From NCBI GenBank assembly GCA_964016885.1, contig OZ024746.1:19840001-19904000 (forward strand): a stretch of DNA of 64,000 nt, given 5' to 3'. Shown in pieces: positions 1 to 11,962 of the stretch. Both the position numbers and the translations under genes were made by a program. The DNA comes from Eledone cirrhosa (Eukaryota). Within the stretch, counting starts at the first letter, position 1. Each line of letters opens with the position of its first letter. Under the pieces are notes generated by a model. It was not told where the DNA came from and did not search any database. It was given only the letters and a program-made list of their open reading frames with translations.

Positions 1-780
1 GTGTGTGTATGTATAGTATTGGTGATCTACATGATAAGCACATCTCTGGTCTTTCTGGGAGGTCAGTAGCTCCGCATCAGTACTGACTTGGACTGTATAG
101 ACCTGTCCAACCCTTGCTAACAGGGAAAGTTGATGTTAAACAATGATGATGATGATGATAATGATATAAAGTTATATATATATATATATATATATATTTT
201 GTATGTGTGTGGGGAAAATATATATGTGAACGTGTGATAAGTATGTATGTATATGTGGGTGTGTCAGGATGTGACTGTAGTTTTGTAATCACAGATGTGA
301 ATAAAGTAAGGGATGTCACTGAATTAGTCAAACATGTCTTGCTCTAACAAGCATAAAAACAAATTGGCATTGAATAGATTCAGCATGATTAGAAGTTGGC
401 ATGGTATGAACCTATAACTCCTATGGGAGTCATAGGGGCGCTGTATTGAAATAGTGTGTTTCTAAGGGCATTTTAAAACCTGACGGAACCCATCTCTCTA
501 GATCTGAATACAGCAGATTTCTTCCAGAGAAGAGTGAAGAATGGAATTGAGAAAGAAATAGAAGAATCCACCCCAGTACTAGGCTGGTACTTTTTTTTAT
601 CAACCTCAAATGGATGAAAGGCAAAATTGATCTCAATTAGATTAGAAGTTACTTAGTATAATTTTAGAAATGTATTTATAAAATGTGTTTTTTCATACAA
701 TATTATAAGTTTTTGTACTTGATATTCTTGTATTACCATTTTTTATTGAATAATTTTTGTTTTTGTCTTCATAATTTTAG

Positions 781-882
781 ATGACTTCCAGTGACAAAGA
801 TTTTCGTTTTATGGCTACAAATGATCTGATGGGAGAATTACAGAAAGATTCCATTAAATTGGATGATGAAAGTGAAAGAAAA
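781..882 (+). CDS. CAND1: CAND1 exon 1 in window ([34 protein letters not shown])
   Basis: ttttag acceptor, gtatgt donor; near-identical to CAND1 residues ~15-48. Confidence 0.95.
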
Positions 883-2478
883 GTATGTATAAATATTTTA
901 GATTACAATACTCTATAAATTGCAGATTGTAGAAAGCTTGCCAAACAAAGGGTTTGGAAGACTCTTTAGTTATGTTGAGGACATGACAACCTCTCAAGTG
1001 CTGGATAAAAGCACCCAGTATATGCTGTAAATTGGTTGATGGTAGGAAGAGCATCCATCCATAGAAAGCTTGTCAAACAAGGGGTGGAGGACCCTTTAGT
1101 TGTGTCAAGGGCATGACAACCTCCATAGTGCTGGTGATCTACACGATAAAAGCATCCAGCAATTGAAAGCTTTTCAAACAATGGGTTGGGAGGACCCTTC
1201 AATTTGTATTAAAAGATATGACAACAACTTCTGTGCACTCACTAAATCGTATGGCCATACTTTAGTGAGATACAGACCCTTCAGTCTGTCTGGGAGGTCA
1301 GTAGCCCCACTTCAATACTGACTTGGTCTATGTAGACCCATCCAACCCTTGCTTGCAAGAAAAGAAGATGTTAAACAATGATTGTAGATGTGAAGTAGCC
1401 AATTACACATCTGTTTCTCTATGCTGTTTGCAGTATGTTATATTGACACCTCACTTATGAGTAGGCACTATATTCTCACCACTTCATCATTTGAAAGATA
1501 TTTCTTTAAATATCTGTCTCAGTCTTCCTCTGAGAATTTTATCTTAGATCTTGTACATATGCATGAAAATAGCAGAATTCATCAAAATTAAAAATATTGC
1601 ATGCTTGTGCATTCACATGAGCATATGTTTATGCATTCCTATATGCATAGACATAAACATTATAGGCAGTAACCTTTTAGTCAGTAAGATAATTTATTAG
1701 TGCTTGCTTTTCCATGTGCATCATCGTAAAGAGTGTGGTTTTAGTCTGTCTTGGATGCTCATCAGGCCAGTGCTTATCCCGGGTCCAAGGCATGAAGTGA
1801 CTGAGTGTACAAGACTCCCACCTGGACAAGATGTCAATCCATCACAGGGTTAAACCCCCCAGCTACTACTGGTACTCATTTTCAGCTGAGTATACTGGAA
1901 CTACATGAAATGAAGTGTTTTGTTCAAGAACACAACACACAACCCAGTCCAGGAATCTAACCCACATCATTATGATGGGATTTTACGGGTAAAACCAACC
2001 GGCAGTAGTCTCAGGAGTAGATCCTAAGTGTGGTGGTTTGATAACATCCATGAGCTCAGCTGGTCTCGTTTAGGGATTCAGCTGGATTCATTGGAAATGG
2101 TTGCTTCTGACAGGACCTGCTGGCAGGAATATCTGAGGACTCTGCCCCCACGACTCTCTCAGGAATAAGTGGGTGAAAAAGAAAAGTAAATAACAACTCT
2201 GATAGTGCATATTATTCATTTGGAAAGGAATATTGTGTCTACACAGTTTTTATATTTTGCTATTACTAAAATATAATCAACAATTTTCTCACTATTTAAA
2301 CAAATTGCTGTTATTTACACAAAATACAAACTCTTGAAATACTCATTCAATTCTATATAGGGTTCATGGATAGAATGCAAGAAGAAATTGAATGCTTTCT
2401 AAGTAAATTTTGATGCTTAGAATATCTTAGATCAATATATTTAATTTATTAAGCTGATTATATTTCTTTATTTTGTAG

Positions 2479-2546
2479 GTTGTAAAAATGCTTTTGAAAT
2501 TGCTTGAAGACAAAAATGGTGAAGTTCAGAACTTAGCTGTAAAATG
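2479..2546 (+). CDS. CAND1: CAND1 exon 2 (VVKMLLKLLEDKNGEVQNLAVK)
   Basis: tgtag / gtaaga; phase 0-2. Confidence 0.95.
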
Positions 2547-2802
2547 GTAAGAGATATCATCACCACCAGCACTGTTCTTTCTATACTTGCATGGGTTGGA
2601 AAGGTCTTCTCTTACACTGTGTGGTTCAGCTTCATGAGATCAGTTTTCGCTGTTTCCCTTGTCCTCCTCGGTCTGAAACTTGGGATCACTTGGCATCACT
2701 TGGCATTTCTTTACTTAATTGTCAACTTCCATATCAATCACATGTTCAGTCTTCTCTCTTGCACACTATATCTGTTTATATATATTTATATGTATATATA
2801 TA

Positions 2803-3650
2803 CAGGGTGCGGACGATATTTGTTCGCAAGATTACTGTCTAGGAAAAAATAGCACAGTAGTTTTATTTTTTAAGATTTATTTATCAAACTTGGGTCAGTT
2901 TGTCTTCATGACTTGTTCTTTCGATCTTACACGCCATTGGCTTTGATGACGGCCTCGGAACCGGCTACAGGCCTTCGTCACTGTCCCCCGACTTAGGCCC
3001 CTAAAGGCACTTGTGATCCTGGCTTTCAGATCGTCTTTCGTATTGCAACTAGATCTGTTGGTGTCTCGTTCCACTGTGCCCCACACAAAGAAGTCGAGGG
3101 GGTTGCAGTCAGGCGAGCTGGGAGGCCAGATGTCAGGTGAAGTGTGGTCGACGAAGTTCTCTGACAGCCAGGCTTGGGTCTTTCGGCTGGTATGGCAGGG
3201 CGCTGAGTCTTGCTGCCACACGTACGGCCTACCTGCAGCTACCTGGTCGATCCAGGGCTTTACTACCTCGCTCAGAACGCGGATGTAGCCATCGGTGTTC
3301 AGCTTGAGGCCCTCAGGGAAGAAGTGAGTTGGCATGACAACACCTAAGACCACTGTTGTTGCTGGAAACTTTGTCTGCATGACTTTGGGCACGTCTTTGG
3401 ATGAGACAGCGAGCCACCTGTTGTTCTGGGAGTTGATCTTCTGGCCTTATTTGTCCTCCCAGCGCGGATTCCAAGAACTCCGTGTCTCTTCCACAAATTT
3501 GGAGGTTCAAAATTATTCATAATCAATTGTGAAAATAAATAATGGAAATATAGTCACTGTTTTTATGAAGACAAGAGTGACAACGGAAGTAAAAAGAATT
3601 TGCATAAAATTAGCAGTTAAAAAATGCGAACAAATATCGTCCGCACCCTA
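2803..3650 (-). mobile_element. Internally deleted Tc1/mariner DD37D (maT-type) transposon
   Basis: ~26-bp TIRs CAGGGTGCGGACGATATTTGTTCGCA, TA flanks; ORF 2895-3392 has WQQDSAPCH...WPPSSPDCNPLD with 37 residues between the catalytic aspartates. Confidence 0.9.
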
Positions 3651-5199
3651 TATATATGTGTGTGTGTGTGTATGTATACGTGTGCATGTCTATATGTATG
3701 TGTAATACATCCTTCCAATTTCTTGAATATTTTCAAAAATATAGTAACAAAAGGGTTAATAACATTTGTATGGTAACTTAGCATTTTTACACAATGTGCA
3801 TGTTTGCTATACCATGTATTTGTTGCTATAGAATAATGGTTTGTAAATATGAATAGAAATATTATTGGTTTGCTTTTCATATTTATGCTATATTCTATGT
3901 GTAGTGTTGTGCAGATTTTAATGTTTTGCCTCATCATCATCATCATTTTACGTCCGCTTTTCCCTGCTTGCAAGGGTGGGACTGTACAACATTATCTAAA
4001 TCTCTTTCCCATTCTTATCTTCCTTGCTTTTAATATCATTTAGCTTTTTAAAAATACCTGCATTATCATGTAGATTGTACTCACCCTGCCTTAGTATTGT
4101 TATGTAAAATCTTATGTAGTGTAAATGAAAATATTTTTATTTGTACTCAGTTTTACCTTGCTTGTTATCTATTAGATTGTTTTATGGCTTTCTGATTTTC
4201 CTTTCATTTATTTGTGCTACAGTCATTCTATTTTATAAATAGTTAGTATAATGTTAAAGTGGATCTATTTCAATGTAGTAATTGGAGCAAGAATTGTTTG
4301 TCATATTTACTTCCTGATCCAAGTCAGTTGTGAAAGTAAACATTTTAGTTGATGTGGAAAATAAGTTTTATGAATATTATGTTAGCAATCTTTTTGTTTA
4401 AATAAACTATAGTTAGAGGAATTTTTATTAATGAGATATCTAACTCCTAGAGCTTAGCTTCAGTTTTTCTTATTTAACAGACGAGAGTGGTGGATTGGCA
4501 GTATTGGTAGAGGGTTGGACAGTATGCTTCGCAGTATAGAGTTACGGCCCCTTTACGTTCTAATTTCAAAGCCAGCCAAGGTTAATTTTGCCTTTCATCC
4601 TTACAGGGTTGATAAAATAAAGTACCAGTAACACACAAATTGTTGGCCTTGTGCCTAAATCATAATCTATTATTTAGCAGACAATGGAGATCGCCTTCAA
4701 TTAGACTCAAGCATATCAAATAATTTTCCAATACATAGCACCTAGTTTCCAACAAGTAAAATAATATCTTGTCTAAAGATGGCATCAAAACACAAGCTGG
4801 GTGTCAGGAACCCACAAATAAAAACTAGTTCCTCAGTAATATATTTAGCTCCTTATTCATGTCTTGTTTGGTGCAGTAATGTAAATAGATGGTACCTTAA
4901 ATATTAAAGAGTACATGGAGGTTACAAAAAGATCCAACAACAGAACCTCTTAGCTGCTTTTCAGTTACCCTTGCTTCCACGTTTTTTCTTGATCTTTTTT
5001 ATACTTAGTTTCCCTCACGTTAGCCTTCTCTATTTACATTTTTAAAAGTTTAATTTTATATTTACTTGTCTCTATATATGGTTTTTTGTTTCTCAACTGT
5101 AAGAGGTACTAGATACCTCCTCTAGTCTGTCATGATTTACTAGCTCTCTACAGACCTTTAAATTGATTGAATAAATAAATAAATAAATATTAAAGCCTA

Positions 5200-5485
5200 C
5201 ATCATCATCATTTAACGTCTATCTTCCACGCTAGCATGGGTTTAGATGGGAATTGTCCCACTTGAGGCAAGATTGGTCGTATCGCTTGTATAGGACTGTC
5301 TGGCAGGTTTTCTACGGCTGGATGCCCTTCCTAACACCAACCACGTTTACAGTGTGGGCTGGGAGGTTTTTACCGTGATATCTACACGGCCACATTACAG
5401 CATGGACTGTGTTTTTTTTGTCGTGACACCTACACGACCTCATTTATTTAGGACTGGATGTTGTGGTACCAACATAACTTTACAG
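5200..5485 (-). mobile_element. Non-autonomous retroelement with RTE-type (GAT)n tail
   Basis: (cat)n-ttaacgtc tail and ctggatgcccttcctaac motif recur many times in the window; near-identical inverted copy at 9790-10076. Confidence 0.75.
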
Positions 5486-5802
5486 TAATCTCTATTATAT
5501 ACATAAATTTAGCTGTAAACATTGACATGCATATTATTTCTCATCTTATTAATACAGCAGCCAAATTTTATTTTTTTTATTTGTATACCATATTTTAAGT
5601 TTTAATAGTTAGATAGCACTTTAAAACAAAGACCAATCAGAAAAATATAAATTATGCAATAAAATGGTTTCTTTAGTATCATCTGCTAAATTTTGACATG
5701 TTTTAGGTGTCCAGGTGAAAAAGTAATTGTTTGATTAAAGGATTTTACTTCCATTATAAATTAGGTTAGGTGTTAAAAGGTTTATTTGTTTATTTATTTC
5801 AG

Positions 5803-5915
5803 TATGGGTCCTTTGGTGAATAAGGTGAAGGAGTTTCAAGTTGAAACAATAGTGGACACTCTGTGCAGTAATATGTTGTCAGAGAAAGAACAACTGCGAG
5901 ATATATCGAGTATAG
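5803..5915 (+). CDS. CAND1: CAND1 exon 3 ([37 protein letters not shown])
   Basis: ttcag / gtatgt; phase 2-1. Confidence 0.95.
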
Positions 5916-7508
5916 GTATGTATATTTGTATAAAAGAGAGGAGAAAAAAAAAAGCTGGTTTTTATTACATATCTCGCAATGCTTCGTATTAACTATACTA
6001 TTTTATTATTTTAAGCCTTTCAGCAAGATATTAATTTATAAAATATGCTAATTTTTCATACCTTCTAATGTACAATATCGTACATTTCTTTAGTAATTCT
6101 CTCATCACTACTTCAGCAAGTACAAGGAAGTATATGCTTCACTAAACGAGATCTAATAATACAAAATTATATCCAGGTTGGAAAACAATATTAGTTATTG
6201 AGCTAATGTTTTTCCTCACCACATAATTCGATCAATCGACAAGATCCCAGACCTCTTTCGCTTACCAAGTGAGGTGGAACTCATCAAATCAGACCAAGGT
6301 AACAATTTTCCATTGCTGATACTATCTTCCAGTTGCAACTCTTGGCAGAACCACATAATTAAGCATTTCTAATTAGATTTTTGAAGCCCCCTATATTATT
6401 TTGATTATTGCTTTTCTTGCAGATGGTGTCTGATTAATTTACAGCAGTGATATATTTTAAAAATATAGTCAATAAATGGTAACAAATGATTCACTTATTT
6501 TTCGAAAAAGAAGCCTACTTGGCAGTATTATGGGCATGTGGTTAGAATCTCTCAGGAAAGAATCACTGGGCAGATTTTATGGGCAAAACCAACTGGCAGG
6601 AGACCCAAGATAGACCCCGTGCAAGATGGTTGGATAACATCCATGACCTTGACTGGTCTTGCTTAAGGATCCAGCCAGATCAATTGGAGACAGTTGCTTC
6701 TGGGAGAAATAAGTGGGCATGGGCAAAGAAAAAGCTTACTTTTCTATATTAAGATATTGTTAATTTTCACTATTATGAGGTTCAACACATTGCTAAAGAG
6801 AGAAAAATATGCCGAGTATTAATTACAAGTTGCTGTTTTATTAGAGAAAAGAATTATAAATTTTAATTGTAGGTATGTTTTTTTGTTTTTTTTTTACTTT
6901 GTGTGCTTTTTAAGAGACATCATCATCATCATACGTCCACTTTTCCCTGCTTGCAAGGGTGGGACGGGAACTGATTCTGGTTTGATTTCTACAGCTGGAT
7001 GCCCTTCCTAACACCAACCTCATTTACAGTGAGTGCTGGGTGCTTTTTTGCCGTGGTGCCTACACGTCCACTTTGCAGTGGAATGATAGGGACCCCAGTC
7101 CCTATCATCTCATTTCTACAGCTGAGTAAACTGGAGCAATGTGAAATAAAGTGTCTTGCTCAAGGAAACAACACTGGTCTGAGAATTGAACTCACAACCT
7201 TTCGATTGCAAGGCCAATGCTCTAACCACTAAGCCATGTGCCTCCAATGAATATATATGACTTGCGATTGTCTATTATTTAAATAAATGACTGATAAGTT
7301 TCAGAAAGCTAGTACAATGAGGTAGAAATATATGAATGGCAATAGATGACAAATAAAACAAAGTAAAGTAATGTTTATACCCAGTATATTTCAACATATC
7401 AGAGCTATTACCCCTTTTCAAATGTAGAAATATTCATAGTTCAAAACAAAATATATGAATAGAATATGAATGTGTGGCGCAGTTATAGTATCCACTCTGC
7501 TCCATGCA

Positions 7509-7748
7509 GTTCTTATCGTTTATTTGTGGCTTTTTCTTGTTGATAATTAGAGCCTCCTTCATTCTTAAATTCACCACATTTCTTTCCGTCACCTCTCAGA
7601 TGTCCTCAATGTCTTGGCTGTGGCATCTATCAAAGTGGTTTTTGACAGGAGCTCTTGTCATCATGTGTTCCTTGATCCATATGTGCAGCATCCAGACAGT
7701 ACTTCTGATGTATGAGGAGCTACATTTTTCAGACGTGACCTTGTAGAC
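7509..7748 (-). mobile_element. Penelope-like element relic (GIY-YIG endonuclease)
   Basis: Minus strand reads VYKVTSEKCSSSYIRST..LHIWIKEH...HFDRC...LRMKEALIINKKKPQIN with one stop. Confidence 0.7.
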
Positions 7749-7853
7749 TTATCAGTCATTTGTTACCATATATTCAATTCTTCGTATTAACTATACTATT
7801 ATTTAAATAATTTCTAACAAATATTTTGAATGACTTTCACTTGTATTTCATAG

Positions 7854-7954
7854 GACTGAAAATTGTAATTAGTGAACTTCCGCCATCATCTACTTCACTT
7901 GCTGGTAGTATCTGTAAAAAAATCACTGGTCGATTAACCAGTGCCATTTCTAAA
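7854..7954 (+). CDS. CAND1: CAND1 exon 4 ([33 protein letters not shown])
   Basis: catag / gtaagt; phase 1-0. Confidence 0.95.
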
Positions 7955-8411
7955 GTAAGTATTTGTTTTCCTTTCAGAGTTGAATTGGTTTCATAATTTA
8001 TTATTATAGGACTTATTTCTGTTATTTTTCAATCATCACTTTTTTTTGTTGTTGTTGCTTGTTCCCATAACTCCTGGTGGAGTCATAGGGGCACCATATT
8101 GACATAGTGTTTCTAAAAAATTTTTTAAAAACCTGGCAGAGCCCATCTCTTCTCCAGGTCTGAACACAGCAGATTCTTTTTCCAGAGAAGGATAGAAAGT
8201 GAGAGAATAGAAGTGAGAAAAATATGGAGGAAGAATCTGCCCCAGTACTAAACTGGTACTTTTTTTTATCAACCTTGAAATGGCTGAAAGGCAAAGTTGA
8301 TCTCAGTATGATTTGAACTCAGTGAGCAGAGAGTTGGAATGAATGCCGCAAAGCATTCTATCTGATATTCTAATGATACTGCTGCTTGGCTGCCTTAATT
8401 TATTACTATAT

Positions 8412-9715
8412 ACAATGTAGTTTGGGTTTGTGTCAGGTAAAAGTATCACAGGCGCTTTTTTCCTTGTATGACAACTACAGGAGAAGTACCTAGCTAAAAG
8501 TAAACCCCTATACTTAGTTTTGTTGACTTGCAGAAAGCCTTTGACAGAGTCCCCCACTCCATTATCTGGTGGGCTCTTAGAAAACTAGGTGTTGATGAAT
8601 GGTGTTGTGAGAGCTATACAAGCCATGTATAAAGAAAGTCAGCAAGGTTAGAATTAACGACGAATATAGTGAAGAATTTAACGTAAAAGTTGGTGTTCAT
8701 CAGCGCTCTGTCCTTAGCCACCTCCTATTTATTATTGCCCTTCAGGCTATAACAGAGGAGTTCAAGACCGGCTGCCCATGGGAACTTCTATATGCAGATG
8801 ATCTAACGCTCATAGCTGAATCGATGGATGAACTAGAGAAGAAATTCCAAACATGGAAGCATGGTCTAGAATCAAAAGGCCTTAAAGTTAACTTATCTAA
8901 GACTAAAGTTCTAGTTTGTAGGAAGGAAAATAGGGCACTGGTCCCCTCTGGGAAATGGCCATGCTCAGTGTGTAGGAAAAGAGTATGCAGAAACTCCATT
9001 TTATGTCCCAAATGCAAAGTGTGGGTGCATAAAAGATGTGGGATCACAGGTAAGCTAACTAAGAACATAGAATTTATATGTGGCCGGTGTTCAGGTGCCA
9101 TATGTAGCAGATGGTTCTATAGAAATAGTGGACACTTTCCGTTACCTGGATGACAAAATCAACAGTGGTGGAGGGTGCTCTGAAAGTACAGTAGCCAGAG
9201 TCAGAACGGGATGGAAAAAGTTCAGAGAGCTTATACCACTATTGGCCACTAAAGGTTTCTCTTTAAAAATGAAAGGCAGACTGTATGATACCTGCATACG
9301 AACAGCAATGTTACATGGTAGTGAGACATAGGCATTGTGTGCAGAGGAGAGGAACGAAGTTTGCATGCTCCATTGGATGTGTAATAGTAATATACGTGAA
9401 TGGGAAAGCATAAATGAACTAAGTGAGAAATTAGGAATAAGAGGGATCAGATGCTGTTTACTCGAGAGAAGACTACATTGGTATGGTCATGTGATGCGCA
9501 TGAAAGACGACAGCTGTATAAAAAAGTGCAGGGCGATCAAAATTGATGGAAGCTACGGAGTAGGCAGACCCAGAAAAACCTGGGACGATTTGATAAATTC
9601 CGACCTTACACACTTACACCTCTCCAAGACAATGTCAATGGACCGAGATCTTTGGCACTACGCAGTAATGCAGAAGCCATACCTTGCCTATGTACAAAGC
9701 GAAACCTACAGTTAG
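8412..9715 (+). mobile_element. 5'-truncated RTE-group LINE (RT C-terminal half plus PHD-like finger), frameshifted
   Basis: QLQEKYLAK, KAFDRVP, GVHQ.SVLS, ELLYADDL, RRLHWYGHVMR, GRPRKTW motifs. Confidence 0.9.
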
Positions 9716-10076
9716 TAGGCACCTCTTAACCAAAAATACACCCCCATCCCACGACCCCTAACCCACCCCCATCAACACCACCCTTTTCTCTGTAAAGTTA
9801 TGTTGGTACCACAACATCCAGTCCTAAATAAATGAGGTCGTGTAGGTGTCACGACAAAAAAACACACAGTCCACGTTGTAATGTGGCCATGTAGGTAACA
9901 CTGTAAAAACCTCCCAGTCCACACTGTAAACGTGGTTGGTGTTAGGAAGGGCATCCAGCCGTAGAAAACCTGCCAGACAGTCCTATACGAGCGATACGAC
10001 CAATCTTGCCTCAAGTGGGACAATTCCCGTCTAAACCTATGCTAGCATGGAAGATAGACGTTATACGATGATGATG
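9716..10076 (+). mobile_element. Non-autonomous RTE-tailed element abutting the LINE
   Basis: C-rich head; body is the reverse complement of 5200-5485; ends ctagcatggaagatagacgtta..(gat)n. Confidence 0.7.
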
Positions 10077-11898
10077 AATGTCAAACTAGGCAGAAAATTA
10101 GTTACTCTCACTCCTCTGTCTGTGTGTATGTGTCTGCCTGTATATGTTTATATATCTCAAAGCCATAAACAGATGTGAGATTGTTGAAGCAATTTATATA
10201 TTTTGAATAGATGAGTAACCAAAAGTAGACATGAACTTTTGTATAGCAATAGCTTGCTGTTATACTGGGACATTAGACAATCATTTACAAGGATGTATTG
10301 CCTATAAACAAGCCATTTAGACATTTAATCTCACCCATATCACAGTTACAACTGTCAAGATGGCATTCATCATCATCATTTTACGTTCGCTTTTCCCTGC
10401 TGGCAAGGGTGGGACGGGAACTGATTCTGACTTGATTTCTACAGCTGGATGCCCTTCCTAACACAAACCTCATTTATAGTGAGTGCTGGGTGCTTTTTTG
10501 CTGTGGTACCTCCACGACCACTTTGCAGTGGAATGATATGGACCCCAGTCCCTATCATCTCATTTCTACAGCTGAGTAAACTGGAGCAATGTGAAATAAA
10601 GTGTCTTGCTCAAGGAAACAACACATCACCCGGTCTGAGAATTGAACTCACAACCTTTCGATCATGTCTTGCTTGTACGTTCTATTTTTGGCTTTGTTTC
10701 TACAAATGGATGCCCTTCATAACATTGTATTATAGCACCAGCACTACCACTTTACAGTGCACTCATTGATCATTTTAATACATAAAACAATGAATAAGTT
10801 ATTCTAATGAAAGTATATAAAGTATAGAAGTATTCAATAATGAAACTATTCATATTTTTGGTTAAGCCTTTAATATCCTTCCACAATTAAGGTTGATGAC
10901 AGAAAGTCAATGGGTTCTTCTTTTTCGGTAGTACTTAATAGTTTAATGGTAATTTTAATTACATTCTTATAACTAATGGTACTTCTTCATCATCATTTTA
11001 TGTCCATTTTCCATACTGGCATGGTTTGGATGGGTTATCATTGTCCAAGACTGGATGGTTCGGAGAATAATGATCTTGCTCGTACGTTCTATTTTTGGCT
11101 TTGTTTCTACAAATGGATGCTCTTCATAACATTGTATTATAGCACCAGCACTACCACTTTACAGTGCACTCAGTGTATTTTATTGTGGGATCAACATGGA
11201 CAATCAACTTTACAGAATATACTAGATGCATTTTATTGTGGTACCAGCACTATCACCATACAGTAAACTAGATGTATTTTATTACCAGCACTAGAGGTTG
11301 TTATTATGTTACAAAAATATTTCAATATCATTTACAACACATTGAAAGATTTAGCTGTAATTATAATTATTTCAGTTCTTTTATCATGATATACATAGTA
11401 AAATTGAGAGCCCACATTCACTCTTTCCCTTTTTTGCCTGTCAGATTAATGTGATAAACACTTCATCTTTCTTCTGGATTTCATTTTACTTGTCAAAAAC
11501 CATCCAGTCCACTCTGTAAGGTGGTTGTGCTTTTGACATGACAAAAAGCACTCAGTCTACCATGCAAGGTAGTTATCTCGGTGCCATGATAAAAGATACA
11601 CAGTCTACACTGTAATGGGGGTGGGTGGGGGTGCTAGGAAGGGTATACAGGTCCGTGTGAAGATGACGTGGTCTCCAAACCTGACTTCTCTCATAATGTG
11701 ATAGCCCATCTAACCCATGCATTCATAGAAAATGGACGTGGATGATGTCATTTTCTATTTGTTGTTTGAGAACCTCCTACTTCAACACTTTCTCTGTTGT
11801 GTGACAGGGAACATAAACACGAAGTTCATTATTATATGTAGATTATAAATATTTATTCTTATATTTAAACCTTTTTTTTTTTACTTTACCTATTGCAG

Positions 11899-11962
11899 GA
11901 AGATGTCTCTGTGCAGCTGGAAGCTTTAGACATTTTGGGAGATCTTCTCAGTAGATTTGGAG
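11899..11962 (+). CDS. CAND1: CAND1 exon 5 (EDVSVQLEALDILGDLLSRFG)
   Basis: ttgcag / gtaata; phase 0-1. Confidence 0.92.

Noticed and set aside
781-783. ATG at 781 as the CAND1 start codon
   Set aside because: It directly follows a polypyrimidine-AG acceptor and aligns to about Met15 of CAND1, so the true start is probably upstream of the window
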